A stretch of DNA of 62,102 nt, filler included, from Ionaspis alba (taxonomy: Eukaryota): the NCBI GenBank assembly GCA_964255285.1. It is 12 parts of 12 records of this genome, joined end to end, with 100 filler letters (N's around TTAATTAATTAA, not from the genome) between each part and the next. Parts side by side here need not be neighbours in the genome. Positions count along the whole stretch, not along the records: positions 21,040 to 26,136 come from CAXUUL010001039.1; positions 26,237 to 31,300 come from CAXUUL010001040.1; positions 31,401 to 36,460 come from CAXUUL010001041.1; positions 36,561 to 41,619 come from CAXUUL010001042.1; 8 more parts are not named here. One strand, written 5' to 3'. The position numbers and the translations under genes were made by a program. The notes under the pieces are model-generated. The model was given only the letters and a program-made list of their open reading frames with translations, was not told where the DNA came from and made no database searches. Positions 24,561 through 38,141 of this stretch are shown here, piece by piece; the first letter of the stretch is position 1, and each line of letters begins with the position of its first letter.

Positions 24561-25494
24561 ATGCCTCCCTTCCGCAATCCTTTTGTCAGAAAGCCCGCTG
24601 CGGTCAATGGTGCAATTCCTTCTCAGGATGAAAATGTTCCTCCGAGCACAAATGGAATAGCGAAGCCGCTTGAGCGGCCGAATATGACAGGGTCTAGGGC
24701 CTCATCAGCGCTGAGTATTAAGCCCAATAAAGAGGAACCCAACGAGTTCAAGCTCAGTGGTATGTCCATAGCCTCCTCAACTAAAAGGCAGCGTCTAGCC
24801 TCTCCCACGGTCAGATCTGTATAATAGTAGCTAATTTAGAAGTCAGTCGTCAACGACAGTGGAGTCTACCTTCCCGTAAGTGCCAACTTTGTATGCTCAA
24901 TTTCAAGATACTGAGTCGTTTGCCAGCCTTCCCCACCAGAGAGAAAAGGGTTCTGGAGAAGAACCCCGACATCGACCAGCACTTCATCACACCGAAGTAT
25001 GCTGAGCGAGAACGAACCTTTCTCCATCTCACGCGAGTCGTTCGAGTCCTACCGAAGGTCATTTGTATGGTTTAAGAGTCTCAGCTCCCGTATGCAGCTG
25101 CTGACCATTACCTGCACAGGACATCTCCGCCCGATCCCCCATATACCAACCCGACGGTACTCTGCCAAGACAGAGCTTAGACTCAAGAAGCCCACGAACT
25201 CCAAGATCAGCAATCAATGGATCTGGCCGCTTCGAGCGACCAACGCCCACTGATGAAGAGGGATTCGAAGAAGTGGGCTTAAATGACGAGGCAAAGCCGA
25301 AGCGGAAGAGTCTCTTCGCACGGTTCGGCGATTCTGCAGAGCCAACTGCATCAGACGATTCGTCTCGACCCAGCTCAAGTCATCGAGGCTTCCATATCCC
25401 AGGTAGAAAACGTGGACAGAGCGGACAGGGTTCCGAGCTAGGTAATATCAAACACAATGATAACAAAGAGCCCAATGATGGCGTGGTGAGATAG
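24561..25494 (+). CDS. Conserved fungal hypothetical protein (multi-exon)
   Basis: MPPFRNPF, EFKLS/VNDSGVYLP, ENEPFSISRESFESYRRSF/DISARSP, EEGFEEVGLND, joined by GT-AG introns. Confidence 0.75.
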
Positions 25495-26238
25495 GTGGGA
25501 CGACCGGGTCACTCCATGGTGGAATGGCGTTGACGATATGGTCTTGGAGGCATGAGAAACGAACGACTTCACGATTGTATATACTAACATTGCAGGTCGA
25601 AAATCGTATCAAGCATCGGGTAATGGCGGCATGGGGCTGGCCAGCATGGGATGGTGGCCGGCTGTCCGTCTCACAATCGCTACACTGGAGCATCACTGCT
25701 GCAGAGCAGATAATATCTAATAGTTGTGCAAGATAGTGATACACCACAGCGCATCGAGAAATCATGATGTCCTGAAGCACCAAACTCAGCCATGACGTCT
25801 TTGACTACCTTTGATAGAATAATACGATTGTTTCACAGCATGTTATCAACAATCATGCGCCAATTGTAGCAGTAGCAATTCCTGCACGTTCGTCCAATGA
25901 AATAGATATAGATGTTTGCGGCGCTTAGTCGGGACCAGGAGAGCCGACGATGGAGTCCAGCCAAAAGCCATATTACCATCCGCGGGTTCTCCCAACTCGC
26001 CTGAAAAGTGGAGATATTTTTCCAAGCACATCTTGTCCGGCATTCGCCAGAACTGTACGACAAGAAGAGGATACAAACAAGCGCTTGGCAATCGACGCAC
26101 AATTACCAACGCAATGATGAATTCGTGGGCTCGAAANNNNNNNNNNNNNNNNNNNNNNNNNNNNNNNNNNNNNNNNNNNNTTAATTAATTAANNNNNNNN
26201 NNNNNNNNNNNNNNNNNNNNNNNNNNNNNNNNNNNNGT

Positions 26239-26257
26239 GCCTCGGGCTCTGGCTCCG

Positions 26258-26300
<43 letters not shown>

Positions 26301-26796
26301 CTCCGGTTCTGGCTCCGGCTCTGGCAGCGGTAGCGGTGCATCTCCCGTCGCATCAGCGGCGCCAGCATCTAGCCCACTCCCGAGTGCTGCAGGTGGAGTC
26401 TTCAACCAAGGCGCCGGCAGCGCAGCACCTGCGGCTGCTTCCTCTCCTGTTGTCGTCTCGGTTTCTCCCATCTCAACCGCAGCACCAGCTTCCGCCCCTG
26501 CCGCAGGAGGTGCCAACAACTCTTCCGGCTCCTCAGGTTCTTCAGGTTCTTCAGGCTCCTCTGGTGCCGCCGCCCCTGGCTCTCAGCCTTGCGACACACC
26601 TGGCGTTGAGATCTGTTCTACCGATGGGAACATGATCGGCATGTGCGATGCCAGCAAGACGGCTATCATGATGGCCGTTGCTCCAGGTACGAAGTGCTCC
26701 GGCGGTGTCATGGTGCACGCACGCTCAGAACCAATTCGCCATTTCAGATTCGCTCGTGGTCATGTCAGGAGAAACAGGAGGGGCGGATTGTGGTAG
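26239..26796 (+). CDS. C-terminal part of a secreted protein: GS/Ala-rich linker plus 4-Cys module, probably an AA11 LPMO-type X278 or CBM19-like domain (5' truncated)
   Basis: Open frame not in the ORF track: (GS)n...GGVFNQG...[44 protein letters not shown]...GGLW*. Confidence 0.65.
26241..26337 (+). repeat. Coding hexamer microsatellite (GGCTCT)n encoding poly-(Gly-Ser)
   Basis: Tandem GGCTCT/GGCTCC units seen directly. Confidence 0.9.
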
Positions 26797-27090
26797 AAAG
26801 TATTTTCTCGACTGGTTCGAGTTTCAGTTTTCTTCTAGGAGACCAGTGGATTCGATCGCTTTGTACATAGACATCTGGATGTAGGACTTCTTGGGCTTAC
26901 CGGGTTGCACACACAGATAGGATAGGACTCAAAACATTCATTACCATGCTCTCAGATTCCCCAGACAGATTCTTAATGTATGTGAATCAAGATCGTTTAA
27001 GTGTAGAGCTCACCGAGGCCGAGATCCTCGACTCCTTAGCATATATTGAATAAACATACACCGAGGACTTGACGTATAGATAGTATGACC

Positions 27091-30000
27091 TTATCGAGAG
27101 AGTAATCCTCTTCGTCTCCTCAACGACCGCTTAGTCTCCAGCGGTACCACAAGCTCCGCCTTCTCAATACCAATATGCGGTTTCCCATCCGTTCCAACAA
27201 ACTTCCCGTATCTATAACGTGACCTTCCGAGAGATTCCTTTCCAGACTTGATGTCCTTCAATAGATGGCTAGCAGCCACATAGGCCAACACACTTGCGAT
27301 ACTTGTTGGCATTCGAGGCAAGAACCTCTTTGGTCTGCAGGCATAATACAGAACGGCAACAGCAAGGTTTAAGGTAAGAATGGTAAGCGCAACGATGAAC
27401 ATGGTTTTGGACATGAATACCCGTGCCTGAAGAGTGTAGAGCTTTCCCAGTGCTGCGGGCGTCGACAGTTCCGCGCGAGGGAAAAGCTCCGGATGTAGAC
27501 TAAGCAAGATCGCAAAAAGGGAGCGGTTGAGAGATTGCACGGCAGGAACGATGGAGGAATAAGGCGGGAGCGGAGTAGACGGATCAAGAAGTGCTGATGA
27601 GTTCATGCTAATTTTGAGCAAGTAGTTTACCCACTCTGCTGCGAAAGTGTTGTTATTCCAGCCTTGGATGCCACCGTGCAACCTATTTGTCGCATAATTG
27701 GCTGTAGAAAGTAGCCTCCCGACTTGGATAGCACCGAAGTACTTGTCAGTGTTTGTGTCGAAAGGCGTGCTCTGAGCATATGAAAGGACGTGGCCAGTGG
27801 ATGTAGTATTGACGAGGAAGTCGGCAGCACGAAAACTAGAGCGGCAGACCATGAGACGAATATCCAAATCTTCGGCCACTAATAGTGTTTGGTTGTGTGT
27901 CGAAGGAACAATGTTTGCGTGAAGCCATCCTAGGACCATTTGCGCCTCACAAAGCTCCCGTTCTTCAGAAGTGGTTGTGTGATTGTACATAGCTATCATT
28001 GCCGACACAATGCTCGTTGAATACGGCCCTGGGCTATCGGGAATGGCGAGACCTATGAGCCCGTCGTATGGGGCTACTCCATCTCCTTGGCCCCTGTCAG
28101 GAACGCAAGTTGCAATTTCTCCATGAGGTAGTGAGTGGAAGCTCGTAACGTTCAGGACTCGTCCATCGCTCAACATTGCAAAGTCTATGTCATTAGTCGC
28201 GTCCTCTTGCTCCAGCTCGTGACAGTCAATGCTGATTCCGAAACCCTTCGTCGGTGACTCAAAAATGGTCTCACTTTCGTATAGCGCGGCGAAGGCGTGT
28301 GGTAAAAAATAGAAATCTGGAGCAACCCAGTGTGGAAGAGATGCGTTGTTACTCATGTTGGCTCTCTGAACATAGAGGTGATCGCTAAGAATGTTGCTGT
28401 GAGTATGGCCTATAACAAGATCCCACATCATTCCGTCAAATTTGGGGATAAACCGAGCATTCATCTCGCGAACCTGGTCGGTCATGACGATGTTAATCTC
28501 GAACAAGCCCTTCAGAGCTATGGCCAATGGATTTACTAAAAGGGCGACAATACAAACACAGGATAGGGTCAGGTGTCGTGCTCGAAGTGCTCTCCAAACA
28601 ATGAGCGGCGGTGGTAGTGAGGTGTATTTAAGGTCAAGAGATGCTGAAGACTCCTTGTCTTCATGACGAAGTTCTTCAAAAGGTTGCAGGATGCACAGTA
28701 GTCGATTCAGAAGCACCCAAACAGGCCCAAGGAATGTCGCAAACGCGGTAGGGATATAGTTGAGTACGATCTGTTGAACAATAACATTGCTAGATGGTAT
28801 CGCAAATCCTGGCACGATCAGTGACCGAAATGGGTTAAGAGCTTTGCAACAACCGCGGCGACGAGTGTACAGCTTACCATTTGATGTTTGAATTCTCATA
28901 TTCAAGGTGGCTACCAGGACTATGGAGGCAAGCACAGTCATGATGAAGGCTCCTCCGAAGTACCAAGAAAGCTCGTAAGGTAAGACAGTACTGTTCATGT
29001 CAATTATCTCTTTCTTGTTTCCACCGCCATCTGCTAATCCCCCTGTGGCTGCTTGGGGAACTTCGGCAGTCGATATTGCTTCGATGGTTGAGCCGTCCCC
29101 TGAATTTCGAATGCTGATAGCATAGTGCCTGCCGGCTAGTGTCTGTTCCAAAGCTCGAGTATCGAAGCCCTCAAGTCTTCGGAAGGTATCTTGTGTGGTC
29201 TCGGTAGATGGGGCAATCGCTAGCATGTCGGCAAGAGAAGCAGGATCCTTCGTCAGATTACTTTGACGATTCCAATAGAGGAACAAAAGGGTTGATGCTC
29301 CTAGAGCAACAACCACGAGCAACGCTTCCACCACAATAGCAAAGGTCCGGATAACGACAATAGTCTTGAGCGAGGTTTCCTGTGTGCCTACGATGACTTT
29401 GGAAGTCTTTGATGCTGGGCCTCGGAGTTGATGGATAGCTAGTGCGAACATCAGCTTATGAACATCTTCAAAAGCATGATGAAGCACTTCAGGCTCCAAA
29501 AACCGATCCATCGAAGCACCAGAAAGCCCCATGGCAAAACCAACCATAGGGTTTATTGGCCAATCCAGTCGCGTATCATTAAGCTGCGGATAGAGATCAA
29601 TCTGATCGGTGTTCGGCCAGTCTGATAGATCCATGGAGGGATTAGCTCCAACATTGAGGAAATATTCAAAATGGCTCGAATTAAATTGTTCGTCGGACAA
29701 GATCTTTCTAGGACCTGTGGGCAAGGAAGCGATGACGGATAGATTTGAACTCGATATGCTGGCATTCACTGACTGTGTGTAGTAGTGAGTTTCGCAGAAC
29801 AATGCCGTCGGATGGAGGACCTCGATTGTCCCAGAGAGTCCTATTCCCTCAGGTGCTGCAACAGCCAGAAAAGCATGAAAGTTATTGTTCTTGGAGCAGT
29901 TCCCACTCTGTGTGAGGGAATAATCTGTCTGGGGGCCGTCTTGGTATCCAACGTAGGCCAGTAGTTGGTGACCTGGTTGAGGAGTCTCAAATCCAATTCC

Positions 30001-30946
30001 AGTGACATTGCAACCCTGGCCATTTGAATAAAAGTAACTTTGTCCAATACCTCGGGACACTTGGGCCACCGTACAAGTAAGCTCGGTCGAATATGAGGTG
30101 GTGGGCAGATTCCACGTGTCATTCCGATTCAAATTCATGGAGTCAGTATCGATAGAGAAAGCTTCCAATGCATATTCCCTGGTTGTGAAATCTGGCAGTT
30201 GCCCATCCAACCAGATTATTCCATAAGCACTGCTCATGAATTCAGCGTTCAACTTCGATGCCTGGTCTTTGGCTGGTATAAGAGGGTAAGCCTCCAGAGC
30301 CGTTACCAGTGTTGATATTGTTTGTGGGACCGTAGCAAAGATACCGCTCTGTAGAGGAGTAATTGCCCAGAATATAACCATCATGATTACTCCTGCATAG
30401 AAAACCGACCAATGCCTATCAGCCTTAGTCAGAATTGCGACTGTGGAGGAAGCCACTCATTGAACCTAACCTCAGTCTGGCTGCTCTTATAGGAACAAAA
30501 GCAAGAAAATCCACTGGATAGTGCAAAAGTAATGACCTTTCGGCCAACGCTCCATCCGGTTTCGCCATTTGGAAGTATGGTTCCAACCTCTTGGCGTCAT
30601 GATCTATCCAGCTCCAAAGCATACTATAGAGTACTGCCAGAGTCGTAGGTAGATATAGAAATGTGAACGACTGTAAGGGGGTGAAATTGCCATCCGGTCT
30701 TGAAAATATAACATAGCCATCCCTGTTGCTTTTGAGAGAAAGAGATTCGAGCAATAAGACAAGTACAATTGATATACCTACCACGCTTACCAGCATAGGG
30801 GCCCTGAGTGTAGCAGGTCTCCAAGAGTCTTCACCGCGGCTCGACCTGGGCCAACAGCTCCATCTGGGAAGTTTTCTGAGATCGAGACCAGAGGAGTCGT
30901 GAATTCCTTTAGCCGAAGGACTGATGCGTTGGTGGGAGTGGGACAT
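27091..30946 (-). CDS. Large multi-pass membrane protein with two DUF3433 domains
   Basis: Repeated unit YLPT..AV.YS.LWSWID...RLEPYFQM...SLLLHYP and NYIPT..ATFL.PVW..LNR...LQPFEEL...SLDLKYTS. C-terminal LPRMPTSIAS and YGKFVG.DGK.HIGIE. Introns near 30.42-30.47 kb and 28.81-28.88 kb. Confidence 0.85.
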
Positions 30947-31400
30947 AGTGGAAGACAGAAGTGCCAATGTGGGTAATGGTAAAGGCTATGTCATCAAGAA
31001 CCTCTAGCGAAAGAAGAGATAGGAAAACATCTTTGAGGTCTATTTGAGGTTCAAGGTGATATCCAACTCGTATGGTGCAGCGAGGTACCTGTAATATATA
31101 CGATACAGTCGGCAATGGCCCACAGCTGGCCACAGACGCACGGAGCCACCTGAGTGGAGGCTTCGTGCTATACATCGATCTGGAGAAGACAGCTAGACTA
31201 CATACGCTGCCAAGGGGTTAGAGCAAAGTTGTGACCGGATGAGGTGCCGAAGGAAATTGCAACAGAACATTGCAAAGTCAGTCATGTTCTAAACCGGATA
31301 NNNNNNNNNNNNNNNNNNNNNNNNNNNNNNNNNNNNNNNNNNNNTTAATTAATTAANNNNNNNNNNNNNNNNNNNNNNNNNNNNNNNNNNNNNNNNNNNN

Positions 31401-32594
31401 CCCTCAAAGCGTCACAAGCAGATGCCGCAAGGATTCGAATAGTAATGGATGAGTTAGAATTGTTTCTTCCAGGCCGGAGTGGTATCAATCCATAACTCGT
31501 CCAGGTTCGTGTGAAAACGCTAACAAAATAACCCAGTCAGTCATTATCTGCAATGTTTTTATTCCCTTCAACAATTACTTGTCCAGCACAATTCTACGAG
31601 CGAGGATCTTACGAGCCATATCACCGAGCTTTGTCTCACGATTTCTACCTTATTAGATGAGGTACAATGCTCGGAACCACGAGCACCTAATGAACAAAGT
31701 CAGATTACCTCACGAAGTCGGGCACATAGTAAGCCTACTTTTCGTGACTCGACAGGAAGGGACAACAATTCACGACTGGTAATAATTGGACGGACCATGA
31801 TATACCTCGTGAAAGCGCTTAGCAAGCTGGAGAAAGAAGCTGGAACAGGGACTTCACTAGGACAAGCGATCTACCACATAGTTTCCATTTTCCGCAAAAT
31901 CATTGAGAGGATTCAGCGGCTCTCTGAGGAGCCCGCTTCGGTGACCGAGCTTCCAAGGAGGGGGACTGGTAAGTCGAAGCAGCTGTGGGGCTTAGCGATA
32001 GCAACAGCTTTCGATCAGGGCGATGCAAGAGCTGGACTTGGTCGACTTTTTATTACCCTGCTCGTGACCTGGGATACTGAAATGAATCATGCCAAGGATG
32101 TCAGGGAAGGAGCTATGTATCTCCTGCTCAATCGAGCAGGGACAGTGCTCAAAACGTTTGTGTTCGACGTTGCAGTTCAGGCTTGGAGTCAAAACTCACC
32201 ACCACCAATATCTACGAGCCAAGGCAAGGCTATGGATCAGAAGCTTCTGGCAATACAATTAGAAGCCCCTTACCTGGTTTGGATCCTCGAACGCGCATTG
32301 GCTTTAGTGCAGAAGTCGCCGAACAAGGGTTCCTCAGTCGCATCATCCTTAGACAACAACGGCGATCAACACAATCTGCCTGGGATGCAAATGCAACTTC
32401 AGCAAACGCTTCTACAGGGGATGTTCCAGGATGATACGGCCAGCTTTGCGGATCGCTTGCGCGAACCAATACTTCCTAGCTCGGTACATGAGCTTCAGAT
32501 CCCCATGATCGACAATGGCGACATCTTTGATTGGTACAAGAGAGCAATCTGGCGCATAGTCGGATGGCAAGAGTTGCGGAAACACCTTTGTTGA
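31401..32594 (+). CDS. Conserved fungal hypothetical protein, C-terminal part (5' truncated)
   Basis: Frame is open from about 31538 to the stop. EG..YLLL.RAG..L..FVF, EAPYLVWILE, LQQTLLQGMF, W...IWRIVGW. Confidence 0.65.
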
Positions 32595-32773
32595 GACGGT
32601 CATTGAAGAAAGAAAAAAAGCTCTGAGAATCGGTTCCAATTGATGGTAATAATATAGCTATTTCTTGCTTGGATCTACGAACTCCGAAATACAAGACACA
32701 GCCACAGCTGGACCTGCTTCGGTATTGCAAACAAATAAGCAATCAATCCTCTCACATTTCTGTGACAGCCCTG

Positions 32774-33864
32774 TCAATATGTAGCACTCAACCTCTGTAC
32801 TAGGTAATCGCCGCTGTTGATGCCCTCATATTTCTTTCCTCCCTTCTCTTCCCACGTCCCCGGCAAAGCCTCGATCCATTTATCGAAATCCGGATTGCAG
32901 AAATAAGCAATCGAGTACCTCGACGGATACTCTTCCACACCCTTCTCTCTCGATGGCGGTTCCACGACCCGATGTCTTGTACTCCTTATCTCATCATTAC
33001 TCCACCTCGCCAACAGATCCCCCGCGTTCACAATCATAGTCCCCTCAATGGGTGTCACATCCAGCCACTCACCTTCCAAGCTCTGCACCTGCAATCCGCC
33101 ACTGGTGTCCTGGAACAGCAACGTGATCGATCCATAATCTGTATGTGCACCTACTCTCGCCTGTCCTTTGTTCCTCTCGAATACCTCCCTTTTGACAGGG
33201 GGATAATGCAGCAACCGCAGATTGTTGTCTCCATTTTTGGTAAAGTCATCGAAGAACTCCTCCGCTAATCCCATCCCCTGGGCAATGGCTGACATGATAA
33301 GGCGGTGGACCTCTTTGCATTGCAGAAACATGTTCTGCATCACCTGTTTGAATTCCACGCCTTCAGTATCCAGCTTTTCAGGCCACTGGTTGGGAAACCC
33401 AGCCACGCCTTCCTTGCCGATCTCGAAGCTTTCTTTCAGGTCTGGGTTTCCGGCACGGTCTTTCGCAACCTCCTCTTTGGACATTCCGAAACTGCCCTTT
33501 TCGCGGCCTTGAGAGACATAGCCTCGATTCGAGTCTGGAGTTGTCCATGCCAAGGAGTCTTTCTGGGATTGCGGACGGTCGAAGAAGGATTGAGAGTATT
33601 TGAAGACGGTTGAGAGAGTGCTGGGCGAGATAGGGTGATTCTTGAGGTAGAGGAAGCCGGAGGTTTTGAAGGCTTGGAGGATGGAATTGGACGTTTGGGC
33701 TTTGGTAGAAGGATCGAGCAGGGGAGAGAAGTCGATAAGCTGGAATGGAAGATTGGTGTCAGCTAAAGGTATGAAACCTATGGCATAGGGTGTGGCATCA
33801 CAGGAATTGTATGTTCTTTCTTGCCGGCAGGGGTCAGAGTTGGAGATGTCGCAGAGGGCGCCAT
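32774..33864 (-). CDS. Fe(II)/2-oxoglutarate dioxygenase, probable thymine dioxygenase (thymine-7-hydroxylase)
   Basis: Exons 33864-33802 and 33739-32774. IPLIDFS, GFLYL, NRGY, DLKESFEIG, LRLLHYP, HTD...H triad, RYS. Divergent from an IDCase gene. Confidence 0.85.
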
Positions 33865-34258
33865 GATAGCGTAGGGCTTTGAAATGGAAACCCTAGTTCT
33901 AGCGGCGTTTGGAGCTATCGACGAGTTGATGGCTGATTTAGAAGATTTCACTCCAGAGCTAGCTAGAGATCTTTCAGCTGGTGTCAAACGTGTCACAAGA
34001 AGTGGGGATATGCTACATTCCGAAGTAATGTAATCGTCGGTGTCAGCGCATGCAGTGCTTATGCATAGAACCGATAAGGATGCCCCGCGCCTTATCGGAG
34101 AGTGGGGTACTGCCCTTTTGTTTACATTCAAGAGTAGACCCTGACACTCAAACTTGCTACACAACAAGCTTGCAACTCGTTTTGTGTGGAACGATTCTCT
34201 AATTTTTTTGCAGAGCCGCAATCTAGGTTTTCAGCATCTGCAGTAATTAAGTCTCGCT

Positions 34259-35395
34259 ATGGCTCCGGTCCTGGTCGACATCCACACCCATATCTATCCG
34301 CCCTCATACATCGCTCTTCTCTCCTCCCGCACAACAGTACCTTACATACACCAGCCCCAGCCTACGTCAGACTCTCCGAACCCTCCTCCGCGCCTGATAA
34401 TTCTCCCTACAGACGATGACGCTTCCCTCCCTCCTTCTCAGCGCGGCCGCCCCATCAACGCCTCCTACACGTCCATAGAGTCCAAGCTCGCCTTCATGAA
34501 AGTCCACTCCATAACCACCAGCGTCATCTCCCTCGCCAATCCCTGGCTTGACTTCATCCCTCCCTCCACCGCCGCCGCTACCGCCTCGTCTCTGAATACC
34601 GATCTCGAAACCATTTGCGCATCCCACCATCCCGCGCTCTATGCTTTCGCTACCCTACCACTCTCAGCGCCCATCGCCGATATCGTCGCCGAGATCACCC
34701 GCCTCCCGTCCCTCGCACATATCAAAGGCGTCATTCTCGGCACCACCGGTCTCGGCACCGGTCTCGACGATAGCGCCCTCGATACCCTCTGGGCAGCCCT
34801 CGAGAAGACACAATTGCTGATCTTCGTGCATCCGCACTACGGCCTCCCGAGCTCGGTCTTCGGCCCACGCGCAAATGAGTCTGGGCACGTACTTCCACTT
34901 GCGCTAGGCTTCCCGCTTGAAACAACGATTGCGTTCTATCGGATGTTTCTCGTTGGAGTGTTTGATCGGTTTCCGGCACTGAAAGTGCTGTTGGCGCATG
35001 CAGGTGGTGCGGTACCGTTTTTGGCGGGGAGAGTCAAGAGCTGTGTATTGCATGAACGGAGGTTTGTGGATGAGGACGGGAGGATGAAGCGTGGACGGGA
35101 GCTGGAGGAGGTGCTGAGGGAGAATGTTTGGCTGGACGGCGTTGTTTATAGTGAAGTGGGGCTCGAGGCGGCTGTGGGAGTTGTGGGGAAGGAGAGGGTG
35201 CTTTGGGGAACGGATCATCCATTTTTCCCACCTGTTGGAGGAGAAAAAAAGGAAGTGGAAGAGGAAGGGAAAGAATGGTTGAGTGTGAAGATGAACGTTG
35301 ATGCTGTAAATTCAGCGTTCGAGAAAGATGAAGACAGCGTAGAGGGGGTTCTGGGAAGAAACGCAGTGTATTTGCTGGGGTTAGATATTGTGTGA
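34259..35395 (+). CDS. Uracil-5-carboxylate (iso-orotate) decarboxylase, amidohydrolase family
   Basis: VDIHTHIYPP, SVISLANPWLDF, FVHPHYGL, GHVLPLALGFPLETT, LAHAGG, GTDHPFFPP. Confidence 0.9.
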   Translation: MAPVLVDIHTHIYPPSYIALLSSRTTVPYIHQPQPTSDSPNPPPRLIILPTDDDASLPPSQRGRPINASYTSIESKLAFMKVHSITTSVISLANPWLDFIPPSTAAATASSLNTDLETICASHHPALYAFATLPLSAPIADIVAEITRLPSLAHIKGVILGTTGLGTGLDDSALDTLWAALEKTQLLIFVHPHYGLPSSVFGPRANESGHVLPLALGFPLETTIAFYRMFLVGVFDRFPALKVLLAHAGGAVPFLAGRVKSCVLHERRFVDEDGRMKRGRELEEVLRENVWLDGVVYSEVGLEAAVGVVGKERVLWGTDHPFFPPVGGEKKEVEEEGKEWLSVKMNVDAVNSAFEKDEDSVEGVLGRNAVYLLGLDIV

Positions 35396-38141
35396 AAGAA
35401 CTGTGACTAGTATGAAATGAGACATTCGGACCATCACGACCATCACGCTCCAGTGGTGGGCATAAATTTACCAGAATAGGTCACATCGTGGTCGAAGGAA
35501 GTTGTGGAAAATAGAGGTGTAAAACTCAGTCGACTACGGTTATACAAGCCTGTACCCCGAACTTTGATAATCCTATGCAAAGATTAAACGACTGCTTCGA
35601 TGGCCGATGAAGAACGAGAGCCATCCCTCACATCATTAGAAAAAGACAACGACCACGAGGATCTAGATCCACCGTGGGGCACGCTTCCAGTCGAACAATA
35701 TTTCCTGGCAGCAACCTTTTGCTGTAGTAGTCCAAGCTGATTTACTACTAGTCTAAGCGAAAGTTGTTATACTAAGCCACTAGCGTGGTCACATGACCCT
35801 TCCCCGAGCACCTAATTCCTACAATTGGAGGTTGAGATATATCATTACATGACATGGGATAACTCCAAACTTTTATTGCTTGCTGTCTCGATATTTTCAG
35901 GGAAATATGACAGTATGGACAGTCCAGAACGACTAGACAGGCTTTATCTCTATCTTTACTCTTTGTTCTTGCTTTTTGCGCTGTTCTCAGAGCCTTAAGA
36001 CGCGGTAACTTTTGAGCGGCTGACCTCGAGTTCTGCATTCACCAAATGTCGATCATGTATCCTGCTCGGCTTCATTGTTGCAGCACTGGTTATTCATGTT
36101 TGCGATGGATATAGGCTCTCAACCGCGACCTCAGGCACATGGGGGTCGAACTCCCTTGATTCCTTGAAAGCTTCAATCATGCTTCATATTGCATCAAATT
36201 GTGTCTAATATCTGTCCACCAAAAAGTTGCTATCTTGGCCATGTGTGTTGAGTATAGGCATGATGTTCATTTTGTGGGCATTCGAAGCGCCATCCTCTGG
36301 ATCTGTACGTGAATGTTTGGTCACTCGAGGGTTTTTGTGCTTGATGACTTGCGTATCTTTCATATTCCTTGGAGGTCCATAAGGACAGTTGAACTATTCA
36401 TCATGGCGATTAATACACCTAGGATGTGCCGTGGCATTTCAACCCCGGGTTTACCTTTGGNNNNNNNNNNNNNNNNNNNNNNNNNNNNNNNNNNNNNNNN
36501 NNNNTTAATTAATTAANNNNNNNNNNNNNNNNNNNNNNNNNNNNNNNNNNNNNNNNNNNNGCTGATACGGAAAAGTCATCTGAGCATCCTCGGTGCATCT
36601 TTACCACCACAAAACAGCTCATCCGCCGCAGTAGCCACGGCAGAAATCCATGATTGGTAGCCAGTAGGAATCTCCCGGCATCATTCAGGGAACACTCTCG
36701 TGTATGATCATGGATGAATATCCGGTTTTGGTGAAAAATCTTGCAAAGTCTTCTCGTTGCGAAGATACGCGCGAGGACGAGATAAGAACTGTGCGAATCT
36801 CATGCAATCCGTGCTGGTTTAGCAGTATCTCCAGCCCGTGTAAGCAAAGGCAATTTGCCTATTTCTGGCCTCCACACTTGGTTGATTGTTCAATCAGCCG
36901 ATCTATCATGGTCGGCCATGTGCTGCACGATGGATGGAAGTGCGGATGCGGCGATAAAGTGGAGACGGGCACAACCATAGGCTTTGCAAGTCAAGATCAA
37001 GTTATTGTTGGGACATCTCAAGCTGCCTTACGGGATCATTGGAGGCGTCATTATTGCTGCGGGTCGTGATTTGTTCTATGGGTGTCTCCAGCCAAGAACG
37101 GGTTACACATAGTTTCTTGGTCGTCCAGCTTGAAGCATGTACTCATACATTGATCATCAAGGTTGGGCGCAGTTTGAGGAAAATGTATGTAGAGCATATG
37201 TTAATGTATGCACCGATATGTTCATTGTGTCCAGGAATATATTGAATTTCCAAATGTGCTCGCTACCCTCCTTACCTAATGTCCTGACAAAAAAGTCTAT
37301 CTCAGCAGAAGACCCAGTGGATGTCAATGTGCAATTTACGGCAACACGATCTGGATCTCTGTGGCGGCAGAATGGTTCAGATGAATCTCATTTTTTCATA
37401 TGGCACTTTGGGATGGGATGGAATCTTTTGGGGGTTTCGATACTATCGCGTTACGGTGGCTGATACCAGGAGTTGGGGGTAGAACCATGGCGGCCTTCAG
37501 GGGTGAAGATGCACTTTGCTTGGTTGGGAGGAACATCAATTAAACTATCCAACCCATACCCGCTCGTGGCATTGCAGACGCCCACACTGAGTGGTAACCA
37601 TTTGACAGACATTTCCACCAGCGGCCTGCACGACCCGGTCGATCATTACACGGATGCGATGCTTGCCATTTTGCAAATGTCCAAATTCCCCCCCTAATAC
37701 ATACCCTAATCCAAAAGGGATTCCGTGACAATAATGGAAAAGTCTTCGACCGCAGTGGGCCGTGGCGCTAGGAATATCCAGCTCATCCCTCTGTCGGAAC
37801 AAGATCTTCTCATATCCCGATTTTGTTTGCCTCTGCACGCAAGCCCTGAAAAGCCCGTCTTGTTCGTTCAGGGCCACTTGACTATTTCTGTTGTGCCTAC
37901 CCGACGCACAGATCCACCTTGCCCTACCCAGATATACATATGACAACCTAGCTCGCCAACTTGTTTGATTCCCCAAACCCTTTGCAATTCTACACTCGTT
38001 TATCTTGACCTCGAGCACTGTGTGTCTGAGCAGCAGCATCTTGATCTCTCACAATCTTTCAACTCGTATCTACTGCCATATAAGAAAATCATACATTCGT
38101 TTGTGCTGCTGCTGGACTGACAGGTCCACTCCACACTGAAG

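Noticed and set aside
26181..26635. Poly-PE and poly-AL ORFs
   Set aside because: Shadow frames of the (GGCTCT)n Gly-Ser repeat.
35396..38141. ORFs and possible RNA genes between IDCase and GH16
   Set aside because: The interval spans a linker. I found no recognisable domains, splice-consistent model or RNA signature.
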